Virus record (IMG/VR): IMGVR_UViG_3300027747_004524
Location: 32,001-96,000 of that record
Direction: 5' to 3' (one strand)
DNA length: 64,000 bases
Source: a virus
The notes beneath the pieces were generated by a model. That model was given only the letters and a program-made list of their open reading frames with translations. It was not told the DNA's origin and made no database searches. A program made the position numbers and the translations under genes. Below, in pieces: positions 1 to 9,383 of the stretch (the stretch's first letter is position 1; every line of letters begins with the position of its first letter).

Positions 1-2
1 CT

Positions 3-161
3 ATAGACCATAGAGTTGGGAAGACAGATTCTGATGCACCTGACATACCTGTGTTGACCATGCAAGAAGCTTTGGTTTCTTTTTTTATCAAGTTTTTTAT
101 TGTATTGGTCAATTTTATTACGTGTGCTTTTGTAATAGCAAGTATTATCCATCACTGGTAG
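3..161 (+). CDS. 3' end of small membrane protein (partial)
   Basis: Open frame from window edge to TAG 159-161; hydrophobic stretch FFIKFFIVLVNFITCAFVIASII. Confidence 0.5.
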   Translation: MDHRVGKTDSDAPDIPVLTMQEALVSFFIKFFIVLVNFITCAFVIASIIHHW

Positions 162-165
162 AGAT

Positions 166-3100
166 ATGTCAAAAGAAGATGAAGACCTTGAAGCATTGTG
201 TGTTTCTTCTCTTAAAAACAAGAAGCTAGATAATGATCCTAATTTTTATAAAAGGCTTAGGTGGGAGCTTGAGGAGATCAAGGCAAAGAATAGGTCCAAC
301 TATTTCTTAGATCTACACAAAAGAAAAGTTTTTTATCCAAGTAATGAGAATAACTTACTGACTTGTTGGCTTCTGGGTATCGTTTCTAGCGTTGATATCA
401 ACAAAGAGCCTAAATGTGAGTATGGGGATTATCCCGATATCGACGTAGATTTTATTCCGGTTGTGAGAGAGTATTTAAAAAATACTTGGGCTCCTTCTAC
501 TTTCGGTGAAGAGTACGTTTGCAACATAGGAAATTATACTACCTTCGGGATTAAGTCCGCTTTAATAGACATGGCTCGTGTTCATGGTGAAAGCCGTGAT
601 GAAATTTTAGCCTTAACCAAGAACTTAGATGCCAAAGACGATGAAGGCAAGGCTATGACTTGGGACTCAGCCATGAAGCTGAATCCTGATCTTAAAAAGT
701 ATTGTGACAGATATCCTGAGATAGCTGAGTCCGCGAAAAAACTTCTGAATAGAAATAGAGGAATGGGTGTTCATGCTGGAGGGTTGATAATATCTAACTC
801 TCCACTGCCCGAACTAGTTCCACTTGTAAAAAGAAAAGATAACCCTCAAGCGTCTGCTTGGGTTGAGGGCTTGCACGGCCAAGACCTTCAGCCGGTCGGC
901 CTTGTTAAATTTGATCTTCTAGTTATATCAAATCTGCTACAGATAGCTAAATGCTGCGAGTTAGTTAAGAACAGACATAACCTAAAGGGTATTTGTGCAT
1001 TAGAGGGACAGGCAGACTGGTCAGACGTTAAAGCCTGGCGAAACGACTCTGTTGCTTTAGAGATGGCAAACTCCGGTGATCTCAAAGGCATCTTTCAGTT
1101 TGATAGTGAAACTGTAAGAGGCATGTGCCAGAATGGTGGTGTGGACAGATTTGAAGATTTAGTTGCTTATACGAGTTTGAATCGTCCCGGTCCTCTTAAC
1201 ATGAAGATGCAGGAACGATACATCGAAAGAAAAAGGGGTCGGGAAGATTATTCACTACATTCTTTGATAGAACCCATATTAGGCGACACTTATGGGGTTA
1301 TGATTTATCAAGAACAAGTCATGAAAATCCTTAACGTGGTTGGAGAGATTCCTCTTAAGGATTGCGAGCTTGTTCGAAAAGCAATAAGCAAGAAGAAGAT
1401 AGATAGCTTCATAAAGTACAAAGAGATGTTTGTTCGTAACGGCCAAAAGAATTTAGGCGTTAACGAAAAAGAGGTTGAAGATCTTTGGCGAGCTATTGAG
1501 GCTTTTAGCGAATATGGTTTCAATAAATCTATGCACCAAGATACATATATATCTACGCCTAAAGGACTTAAGAAAATTTGTGATTTTCAAAAAGGGGACA
1601 TAGTTTATTGTATCGATGAATTAGGCAACACGGTAGAAACGGAAGTGGTCAATCTTCACTATCATGGGATCTTACAAGGTTATAAAGTAGAATTTGATGA
1701 TGGCTATAAAATAGTTTGCACTTTAGACCATAAGTTTCTCACACAAGAGGGACAGAAGCCTCTCCATGAAATTATATTGAATAAGACTTCTGTTCTTTGT
1801 GAAAAAGAATTTGGAGGAAATTATGCCGAAGAGAAGAGAAGATGGTTGGATGTCGAAGTGCAAAAAGAAGTTCCCCAGGCTAGAGATGTCTTGCTTCCAC
1901 AGCAGCACAGGAAGAATGACGTTAGAATGGTGGACCACCTTTCAGAACATGCTCCAATCTCCAATACCCGGGGTTTGGTGTCTAGGAAAATTGTACGAGT
2001 TGTGCCCGTGGGCGAACGACAAATGTACGATCTTGAAGTTTCCTGCCTAACACACAACTTTATTTTGCCAAATGGAGTAGTAACAAGTAATAGCCATGCC
2101 GTTGCTTATAGCTATGTCTCTGCATATCTTCTTTATCTAAAGTCTCATTATCCCCACGAGTTTTATACCAGCATACTTAGTTGTGAAACACTAAGCGACA
2201 AAATAAAAGAATACAAAATGGAGGCTAAACTCCATGATGTAAACGTGCTTCCTATAGAAGTTAATCGATCAAAGGTCAATTTTGATCTTCAAGGTGAAGA
2301 CATATACTTTGGACTATCCAACGTTAAAGGAGTAGGAGAAGCTCCCGCGAAGAGAATAGTAGACCTACAACCGTTCAGTGGGTTTGAAGATTTTCTAGAA
2401 AGATTTGGGACTGATGCCAACGTTCTCAAACCTTTAATTGGCCTTAGGTGTTTTAATGAAAGCGACCCGGTCACTTTGTGGAAGTTCTCAGAGTGTTATA
2501 AACTTTTTTCAAAAAGAAACGAAGACAAAAAGAAAAGGTACATTGCTGCTTTAGAAAAGTACGAAGAAGAGTTTAAGGAGCTTTTTCCTGAGGAGAGCAT
2601 AAGGCTTAGTGATATAAAAGGAGACTCTCCTTTTGAAGATCCTTATTGGATCAAGTACAATGCAGACGGCGACCAATTTATAGAGAAAAGAGTTGAGTGT
2701 GATAAAGATGATGAAGGAGCTTATGCAAAAGTCGTAAACACCCCAGTAACTTTGGATTGCGGTTTGACCATAGAGAAAGAGACTGTTAAGTACTATAAAA
2801 AGGTTAAAGTCAGAAGAAACTGGAATCGGTTAGTTGCTTTTAGATCGCTTTGGAACAAGAGAAACAAGTCCATTGAAAGGTATAAGCTCATATCAAAGGA
2901 CAGTCCAACGCTTGCAACTTTTGATCCATCAAAACACGATATTGATGGAAACCTTGAAGAAGAACTTAGCAACTTAGACTTTTGTGAAAATAAGTACTAT
3001 GGATTTAGCTGGATACATCCATTGGAGAACAGCCCAGACTATAGGGGCAATCTCACCTTTAACAATTTAAAAGCATCAGAAGACGTTGCTGTGGGGGCAG

Positions 3101-3399
3101 TAGAGATTAAGGTACTTAAGGCTACGAAAACAAAGAGTAAAAAAGGCACAGAATATTACCAAATTCAGGCCGAAGACGTCACAGGGCAATCGAACAAGAT
3201 AATAGTTTGGTTGGACGATTGGGAAAGATGGAGCGAGGAGCTTTCTCCAAACAATCTACTTAGAATAAGGCTTCAGCCGCCTTCTAATGGATTCGCTACT
3301 TTTACACTTGAATCGAACAGTAGCGGATTTAGATGGAAGGGCGTCAAAAAGTACCCTGACAAGAAGGACGATATTAGGATTGTTGTTCTTAGTAGTTAG
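166..3399 (+). CDS. dnaE: DNA polymerase III alpha subunit (DnaE-type), no PHP domain, intein-containing
   Basis: YPDIDVDF, GVHAGG, GLVKFDLL, LNRPGP, YQEQVM, YGFNK/SHAVAY, IYFGLSNVKGVG motifs; C-terminal OB-like region. Confidence 0.95.
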   Translation: MSKEDEDLEALCVSSLKNKKLDNDPNFYKRLRWELEEIKAKNRSNYFLDLHKRKVFYPSNENNLLTCWLLGIVSSVDINKEPKCEYGDYPDIDVDFIPVVREYLKNTWAPSTFGEEYVCNIGNYTTFGIKSALIDMARVHGESRDEILALTKNLDAKDDEGKAMTWDSAMKLNPDLKKYCDRYPEIAESAKKLLNRNRGMGVHAGGLIISNSPLPELVPLVKRKDNPQASAWVEGLHGQDLQPVGLVKFDLLVISNLLQIAKCCELVKNRHNLKGICALEGQADWSDVKAWRNDSVALEMANSGDLKGIFQFDSETVRGMCQNGGVDRFEDLVAYTSLNRPGPLNMKMQERYIERKRGREDYSLHSLIEPILGDTYGVMIYQEQVMKILNVVGEIPLKDCELVRKAISKKKIDSFIKYKEMFVRNGQKNLGVNEKEVEDLWRAIEAFSEYGFNKSMHQDTYISTPKGLKKICDFQKGDIVYCIDELGNTVETEVVNLHYHGILQGYKVEFDDGYKIVCTLDHKFLTQEGQKPLHEIILNKTSVLCEKEFGGNYAEEKRRWLDVEVQKEVPQARDVLLPQQHRKNDVRMVDHLSEHAPISNTRGLVSRKIVRVVPVGERQMYDLEVSCLTHNFILPNGVVTSNSHAVAYSYVSAYLLYLKSHYPHEFYTSILSCETLSDKIKEYKMEAKLHDVNVLPIEVNRSKVNFDLQGEDIYFGLSNVKGVGEAPAKRIVDLQPFSGFEDFLERFGTDANVLKPLIGLRCFNESDPVTLWKFSECYKLFSKRNEDKKKRYIAALEKYEEEFKELFPEESIRLSDIKGDSPFEDPYWIKYNADGDQFIEKRVECDKDDEGAYAKVVNTPVTLDCGLTIEKETVKYYKKVKVRRNWNRLVAFRSLWNKRNKSIERYKLISKDSPTLATFDPSKHDIDGNLEEELSNLDFCENKYYGFSWIHPLENSPDYRGNLTFNNLKASEDVAVGAVEIKVLKATKTKSKKGTEYYQIQAEDVTGQSNKIIVWLDDWERWSEELSPNNLLRIRLQPPSNGFATFTLESNSSGFRWKGVKKYPDKKDDIRIVVLSS
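1528..2091 (+). mobile_element. Mini-intein (188 aa) in DnaE at FNK|SH
   Basis: Block A SMHQDTYI, block B CTLDHKFLT, block F MYDLEV..HNFIL, terminal TSN followed by Ser; removal restores FNKSHAVAY. Confidence 0.93.
1823..2050 (+). CDS. Out-of-frame nested ORF inside the intein (75 aa)
   Basis: GGAGG at 1813-1817 then ATG 1823; occupies the usual intein endonuclease position. Confidence 0.45.
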   Translation: MPKRREDGWMSKCKKKFPRLEMSCFHSSTGRMTLEWWTTFQNMLQSPIPGVWCLGKLYELCPWANDKCTILKFPA

Positions 3400-3441
3400 A
3401 TTTATTGGAAACTAACTTATTTATAGGCAAAAGGAAAAATT

Positions 3442-3939
3442 ATGAACCAAGAACTTGTTATAGATGAGAACAACTTTACACAGTACTTTAGAGATTGCAG
3501 AAATTGCCGTCCTGAAAAGGGAGACATTATGGCAAGATTCACTGCTATCGCTGAGTTCGTAGACGGCAGGATGAAGAAAGATATAATAGATCTTCTTTAC
3601 AACAAAGATAACAAGGTAAATGCAGCCATCCAGGTTATGAGGAAATTAGGCTGTGCCACAGAAAAAGATGCTATACGTATTTGTAAGGACATATGTCAAG
3701 ACCTGTTTTCTGGTATGAAACCTGAAGAAGTTGAGAGTAAAGTGTATAAATACCAAATGGAATCGTTCTATTATACGAAAAAGGAATTCGTACCATTAGA
3801 CGATCCCCATTGGTCCTTAATCGGCATAGCGAACTTAGATGAGTTCCTAGACAAGTCAGGCAACAAACTTAGAATGGAGTCGAAGTTAAATTCAAATCCT
3901 ACAAAGGAAGGGGATGAGCAACAACAGGAAGTTCAATGA
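3442..3939 (+). CDS. Hypothetical protein
   Basis: 165-aa ORF, AAGGA RBS, operon packing. Confidence 0.75.
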   Translation: MNQELVIDENNFTQYFRDCRNCRPEKGDIMARFTAIAEFVDGRMKKDIIDLLYNKDNKVNAAIQVMRKLGCATEKDAIRICKDICQDLFSGMKPEEVESKVYKYQMESFYYTKKEFVPLDDPHWSLIGIANLDEFLDKSGNKLRMESKLNSNPTKEGDEQQQEVQ

Positions 3940-4480
3940 AACGCTATATGTAACAACACCGTATAGACCAGAGCCAGGAAGCTTTGCAAGGTATAAGGGT
4001 TTTTCTGGAGATAAGTATAGAATACCACAGTGGCATTACTGCAGGGATATATTCCACCCACAGCTTTATAACTTAGATCTTTTTTTCTTTTCTCACGACC
4101 CTAATAAAAGCTACAATGTAGCTCGTTTTATGGAAAGATTAGAAAATATGGTGGATATAGACTTCCCATCAGAATACGGTCCAACACAGAGGAAATCTAT
4201 TATGTGGATTAGGCCTTCTGCTTGGTGGACCATAAGATCCATGAGAAGGTCTTTATTTACTATACTTTTGAGATGCGGTAACAGCTATTCGCCAAGCAAG
4301 AAGAATTTTGAGGAATCACTTTTCAGTGATCCTTATGCTCTTGCAACTAAATACGCCATAAAAAGGTTTTTAAGGGGTTATACGCTTTATACTGGAACAA
4401 AAAAAGGATGGTTAGACCAATTTTATGAGGTTAGACTTAATAAAAAGACAATAGATTCTTTGTTGGTAGAGCCTATATAG
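3914..4480 (+). CDS. Hypothetical protein
   Basis: 188-aa ORF overlapping the upstream stop. Confidence 0.75.
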   Translation: MSNNRKFNETLYVTTPYRPEPGSFARYKGFSGDKYRIPQWHYCRDIFHPQLYNLDLFFFSHDPNKSYNVARFMERLENMVDIDFPSEYGPTQRKSIMWIRPSAWWTIRSMRRSLFTILLRCGNSYSPSKKNFEESLFSDPYALATKYAIKRFLRGYTLYTGTKKGWLDQFYEVRLNKKTIDSLLVEPI

Positions 4481-4503
4481 TATTAACTAATTGGAGGTTA
4501 TTT

Positions 4504-5061
4504 ATGGGCGACATGATGGACGATATTAACAAGTTTGCTAAAATATGGGATAATGCTGTACAAAAAGGCATCTTCAATGCCCCTTCATTGCCTGCTAACA
4601 CAGAAGCAGAAAGAGAAGAAGAGACCGACAGAGGTACAGACTTTTTTGGTCAATATCTAGCAGACGATTACGACAGAGATAAGCCTTTAAATGAAGTTGA
4701 TACCAAATATTGGGCCATACTTTCTAGAAAAGCAGACCCGTTGAGTGAAGAGAATAATCCTTTAAAGACCGTTGTTAACGCCATAGGTACTTCTCAAAAC
4801 CCAGTATATCCTAATTCTGTAGGAAAGGACCAGGATTTAAACGTAACTCCAAACTGGGGGTCTGGCGGCAAAGAGATAGAAGAGCTAGAGAAACTAAAAG
4901 TAGAACTACATGAACTTGAATCAAAATTGAATTCTTTAGTTTCTAAAGATCAAGATTCAAAGGTTGAAGGGGTTCAATCCAAGATAGATTCCTTAAAAAA
5001 TGAAATAGACAAATTGAGTGATTCACTAGCGGGCAACAGGTTTGATCCTAAATCTGCTTAG
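4504..5061 (+). CDS. Hypothetical protein with C-terminal coiled coil
   Basis: GGAGG RBS; heptad-rich C-terminus. Confidence 0.8.
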   Translation: MGDMMDDINKFAKIWDNAVQKGIFNAPSLPANTEAEREEETDRGTDFFGQYLADDYDRDKPLNEVDTKYWAILSRKADPLSEENNPLKTVVNAIGTSQNPVYPNSVGKDQDLNVTPNWGSGGKEIEELEKLKVELHELESKLNSLVSKDQDSKVEGVQSKIDSLKNEIDKLSDSLAGNRFDPKSA

Positions 5062-5090
5062 TTGACACTGAATTTCTAGTTGATTACAAT
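5062..5090 (+). promoter_or_regulatory. Sigma70-like early promoter
   Basis: TTGACA-17 nt-TACAAT. Confidence 0.8.
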
Positions 5091-5096
5091 AGCTCC

Positions 5097-5510
5097 ATGC
5101 AAAATAGGGTATTTGATTTTATCATTTTAGGTCTTTGGATACTTATCGCTGTTGTTCTCTACGTTCAAGTTGACCTTGCTAAAAATGGCGCCCCCATAAT
5201 AGCCAAAAGCTTAAGCCTTAGTGAAGAAGAAATAGATATAAGAAAAATTTCTATTTTAGGCGATAATCTTTTTGATTTAGTTTTAGAGGATCAATCTAGC
5301 TCCATGTCTATTGTTGGAAAGATAGATTGTGATGCAATTAACTGCACAGATTCTGAGCTTAGAGACTTATTTAGAAAAGCAACTAAACCTAAAGCTGTTT
5401 TAATTCAAAAACAGAGCAATGATGTTTGGCTTTTAAAAATAAATTTTACCTTAGGTAATAAAAGAACTAGCTTAGGAAGTTGGCTGAACTCTCGCAGGGT
5501 AGACAAATGA
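5097..5510 (+). CDS. Hypothetical membrane-anchored protein
   Basis: N-terminal TM helix; ATGA overlap with next gene. Confidence 0.75.
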   Translation: MQNRVFDFIILGLWILIAVVLYVQVDLAKNGAPIIAKSLSLSEEEIDIRKISILGDNLFDLVLEDQSSSMSIVGKIDCDAINCTDSELRDLFRKATKPKAVLIQKQSNDVWLLKINFTLGNKRTSLGSWLNSRRVDK

Positions 5511-6637
5511 AGAAGGAAGAAGAATCTGGAATCTCTATAAAAGAAAGACCTAAAAAGAAGATAAGAGAAACAACTGTTTCTAGGTGTCATAAATTCTTGT
5601 CTGATAAGATTAGCAAAGTTGTGTGTGAAAGAGGCCATGTCAAGGTTGCCGTTTTTACGCACCCCTCACCAGACCCAGATGCTGTTGGTGGTCTTATGGG
5701 TTTTGCTTGGATGCTTAAAAAATCTTATGAGAATTTAGAAGTAGATTGCTTTTACGATGGAATAATATCTCATCCACAAAACCAAAGAATGGTGAATCTG
5801 CTAGACCCAGATTTGAAGTTGTACACTGAGTGCGATCCGTCTTCTTATGACATTAAAGTTTCTATTGATGTAATTCCATCTCATGCTGCATGTCCTCCTA
5901 ATATTTCCTTTGATTTGGTTATAGACCACCATAAAGAAGCACCTAGCAATTCTTTTAAAGGACTTTATTTAAATCTTAAGGCAGGGAGTGCTTGCTCTAC
6001 GGTTTATCAGCTTATCAAACAACATGGCTTATCTTTTGAAGAGGACAATGATAACGACTCAAAGGTTGCCACTGCTTTGCTTGTTGGAATTATAATAGAT
6101 ACAGATTATCAAACTTCTGATGACACCTCTGAAATAGATCACAAAGCTTATAGCGAACTTTTCAACTTTCGCAATCCGGTTGCACTTAAACAGATAACAA
6201 AATTTAAACACCCTAGAGATTGGGTTCAAGCCAGAGCAAATGTTGCACAAAAAGCTCATGATAGAATAAAAGATGGAGTCTTGATTCATGGTATAGGTTT
6301 TATAACAAGTAGTAACCGAGATTTGATTGCAATTGTAGCGGATGAGATGCTTTCTTGGGAAAACGTAGAGACATCTGTCGCATTTGCTATAGTTGATGGT
6401 GTTCGGGTTGAAGGGTGTGTTAGAAGCACCAACGCTGCTTTGGCTGTCCCGTCCCTTTGCAAAGAGCTAGGCGGTAGTTACGGCGGAGGAGGGGGAAAAC
6501 TAGGAAAAGGTGCATATTATTTTAATCTTGGAAGCTTGTCATTAGACAACGATAGCGAGGATTCTTCCCGCGATAAGCTTTGGGAATGCTTAAATGATAG
6601 AGAGCTAAAAAGAGTATTCAAAATAATAAAGAAATAA
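5507..6637 (+). CDS. DHH/DHHA1 family phosphoesterase (NrnA-like)
   Basis: THPSPDPDAVG, IDHH, GIIIDT, GGGGG motifs; start placed at ATGA overlap. Confidence 0.9.
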   Translation: MKKEEESGISIKERPKKKIRETTVSRCHKFLSDKISKVVCERGHVKVAVFTHPSPDPDAVGGLMGFAWMLKKSYENLEVDCFYDGIISHPQNQRMVNLLDPDLKLYTECDPSSYDIKVSIDVIPSHAACPPNISFDLVIDHHKEAPSNSFKGLYLNLKAGSACSTVYQLIKQHGLSFEEDNDNDSKVATALLVGIIIDTDYQTSDDTSEIDHKAYSELFNFRNPVALKQITKFKHPRDWVQARANVAQKAHDRIKDGVLIHGIGFITSSNRDLIAIVADEMLSWENVETSVAFAIVDGVRVEGCVRSTNAALAVPSLCKELGGSYGGGGGKLGKGAYYFNLGSLSLDNDSEDSSRDKLWECLNDRELKRVFKIIKK

Positions 6638-6657
6638 TATGTTTACTCTTATAATTA

Positions 6658-6846
6658 GTGGCTAACTTTATTTTAAGATGCAACTTTTGCTCCTGGCTTA
6701 GGCTATCTAAAGGTCGTTCTGACGAATTGGATGACCTTAAAGAGGTAGTGTCTTCTTGCTCCAAATGCGGCAAGCCTAGACAGTTCCTTTGTCCCAGATG
6801 TGGCAACAAGGTCAAGATGTTCAGGGCAAAGAATGAAACTAATTAA
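6658..6846 (+). CDS. Small zinc-ribbon protein
   Basis: Three CxxC pairs in 62 aa. Confidence 0.65.
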   Translation: MANFILRCNFCSWLRLSKGRSDELDDLKEVVSSCSKCGKPRQFLCPRCGNKVKMFRAKNETN

Positions 6847-7990
6847 ACGGACCCTAAGAAATCTGGGGTGTGGCTCTCCTAGAGAAGAAGAAAAGGTCCT
6901 TAGCGATATAAAATTCGATAAATTCAAATTCACCAGCAGACAACCTCCTTCTGACAAGAAGGATATTCTGTTTATAAGCTGTTTTGGTGAGTTTGGCTGT
7001 GAGTCTATGGCTTTGATGTATTGCATACCTAGAATCGTTCAAGACACCAATTATTATACCATTTGTGTCGGTTGGCATGGCAGGGAGTATCTTTATAGAC
7101 ACTTGGTCGATGAATTTTGGGGCGTTAAAAAAGAGTATCAATGGATGAGGGAGTATTCAAATGGACTTAAAAACAGCTCAAAGAACATTGTTAATTTAGA
7201 GAAGAGCCTTTCAAAGTACGGCAGGCTGTGTAACCATTATCACTTCTCGGCCATATGCTTCCAGAATAAATGCAAGTCTTGTGGTAATGTTTGGTATAAA
7301 TCTAAACTTCCTTGTACTAAGTGCGGATCTAGCGACACAGAATGGGGAATACTTAATGATGTAAAGAGCAATAAGTCAAAAGCTATCAAGATCCCTTCGC
7401 CTAGTAAAGATTGTTTGGACCATGTAGCAAAGTACTTAAAAACAAATTCAGTCGGTATTTTCGCAAGAGGAAGAGCCTGTTGGGGCAGAAACTTAAGTAA
7501 AGACTTTTATGTTGAACTTATAAACTTTCTTAGATCAAAAGGGTATGATCCAATCTGGCTAGGAGAGAAACAGAGCATTCTTCCATGTCCTGTTTCTGAT
7601 GTAACAGACTTTAGCGTTACTGAAGATGCTTCAAAATTGGAACTTACATTAGCATTAATATCAAAATTGAAGTTCACCGTGCAGTTTTGGACTGCTTCTA
7701 CAAGACTAGCATCCATGGTTGACACTCCTTGGATATTGTTTGAGTCTCCTGACCAAATAGTAGGTAATGGTCAAGAGGGCTTAAGAATTGCCCTTACATC
7801 TGACTTTAACAAAAGGAAGCTAATTCTAGCACAATATAAGAACATTGCTGAGAATGAATCTATAGCTTTTAAGTACCTAGATCAGGCTATAAGCGATCTA
7901 GAGTCGAATAATTGGGACGATATCATAGGCCCTGTGGAGAATCCTGGTGTGATAAAAAACATGCTCCAGAAACAGGAGTCTTGGAGGTAA
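6833..7990 (+). CDS. GT-B glycosyltransferase, GT9-like, with CxxC insert
   Basis: VGIFARGR..RNLSKDFYVELINFLRSKGYDPIWLGE; TASTRLASMVDTP. Confidence 0.6.
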   Translation: MKLIKRTLRNLGCGSPREEEKVLSDIKFDKFKFTSRQPPSDKKDILFISCFGEFGCESMALMYCIPRIVQDTNYYTICVGWHGREYLYRHLVDEFWGVKKEYQWMREYSNGLKNSSKNIVNLEKSLSKYGRLCNHYHFSAICFQNKCKSCGNVWYKSKLPCTKCGSSDTEWGILNDVKSNKSKAIKIPSPSKDCLDHVAKYLKTNSVGIFARGRACWGRNLSKDFYVELINFLRSKGYDPIWLGEKQSILPCPVSDVTDFSVTEDASKLELTLALISKLKFTVQFWTASTRLASMVDTPWILFESPDQIVGNGQEGLRIALTSDFNKRKLILAQYKNIAENESIAFKYLDQAISDLESNNWDDIIGPVENPGVIKNMLQKQESWR

Positions 7991-7991
7991 A

Positions 7992-9128
7992 ATGAATTCA
8001 GTTGCTGACTTTTTAAAAAGAGCTGCCGATAGAAACGGCTTTAACAGAGAAAGGTTTGAGGAAAGAAGGATACCCACCGACTTTTCTGGAATTAGCATCC
8101 TTCCTTTTTTTGGGGATATAAGAAGTTCTTTTGTTCTTTCTTCCTTTTTGCTTTCGAGCTATAGGAAGCAGTTTAAGTCTTCTAAGTACTTTGTATTAGC
8201 ATCTTGGCCCGGAATGCAGAGTTTATTTCCCTACGTTGATGAGTATTGGTCTATCAACGACTTCTCACAGGTTAAAAGGTTCTATGAGGGGGCGGACGGT
8301 TTTTCTAACGATACTGATTTAAATACTATCTTTTCAAGAAACCTAAATGAATTTTTTCGAGATGTCATAAACCCCAAGTCTTTCTCAGAATTCTATATCA
8401 ATGGATTTAGAGATAACTTTTTTGATAAGTTCAAATCTGTTGAAAGGTTTTTGCCGTTTGTCGCTTCATCTGCTGTTCTTGGAAGAGAGTTTCTGAAGGA
8501 TCTTTCAACCTATCCTGGCTATAAGGTTTTTATACACCCATCATTTACTTTTAATAGATGGAATAATGGCAAGGCACAAATTACACCTTTGAGTAAAGAC
8601 TTTTGGCAGGAGCTTATTTCTTATTTGGTTTCAAACAACTGCACACCCGTGGTGTGGCAAAATTATCTTTCATATAACTTACAAGAAGAAACAAACAATA
8701 AATGCATATTTTTTAGAGAAAACGATATTTCTAGGGTTTTACCTGCAATGAGAGCTACCGGTCTTTGCCTAGATTTCTTTGGCTATTTGTCCTATTTTTC
8801 CCTTATGGCTAGATGTCCTTGTATCTCTTTTGACGAACGTCCGAGGTACTTTTTACAAAAGGACTATGAATTAGAGGACTTGTTTCCTTGTGTTAAAAAT
8901 AATCATATTTTTACGTTTTCTACTATATTAATTAACGGAAGTCCTTTTAACTGGAGAAATGATCTCTTTAAGATTGTTTCCTCTAAGATCGAAAAGTTGC
9001 TTCCAGAGGTTGATAGGGATTCGCTTCCTTCAACCGGCGAGTCTTTTGAAATCGTGTCTTACGACAAAGTTAGAGAGTTAAAACTTAGGAAGTTAGGCAC
9101 TAAATTGTTAAGAGTACCAAAAGAATGA
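7992..9128 (+). CDS. GT9-like glycosyltransferase paralogue
   Basis: KVFIHP..LSKDFWQELISYL..NCTPVVW mirrors the upstream gene. Confidence 0.55.
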   Translation: MNSVADFLKRAADRNGFNRERFEERRIPTDFSGISILPFFGDIRSSFVLSSFLLSSYRKQFKSSKYFVLASWPGMQSLFPYVDEYWSINDFSQVKRFYEGADGFSNDTDLNTIFSRNLNEFFRDVINPKSFSEFYINGFRDNFFDKFKSVERFLPFVASSAVLGREFLKDLSTYPGYKVFIHPSFTFNRWNNGKAQITPLSKDFWQELISYLVSNNCTPVVWQNYLSYNLQEETNNKCIFFRENDISRVLPAMRATGLCLDFFGYLSYFSLMARCPCISFDERPRYFLQKDYELEDLFPCVKNNHIFTFSTILINGSPFNWRNDLFKIVSSKIEKLLPEVDRDSLPSTGESFEIVSYDKVRELKLRKLGTKLLRVPKE

Positions 9129-9137
9129 GGAAAATAA

Positions 9138-9383
9138 ATGGTTAAAGTTTACCAGAAAGATCTCCCAGCAAATGCTAGTTCTCAAGATAGAGAGTACGCG
9201 TTCAAAAGGATGTTTTCTATATTTAAAAAGGCTGTTGTAGACGCTGGGATTCTTCAAGAATATAAGAAGAGAGAGTTCTATGAGAGTCCAGGTGAAAAAA
9301 GAAGAAGAAAAAAGAAGGAACAGCAAAATCAAATACTAAAGTCTAAGTTAAGAGAAAACTTTCCAGAAAGATACGGTGAATAA
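9138..9383 (+). CDS. rpsU: Ribosomal protein bS21
   Basis: FKKAVVDAGILQEYKKREFYESPGEKRRRKK; GAGG RBS. Confidence 0.88.
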   Translation: MVKVYQKDLPANASSQDREYAFKRMFSIFKKAVVDAGILQEYKKREFYESPGEKRRRKKKEQQNQILKSKLRENFPERYGE

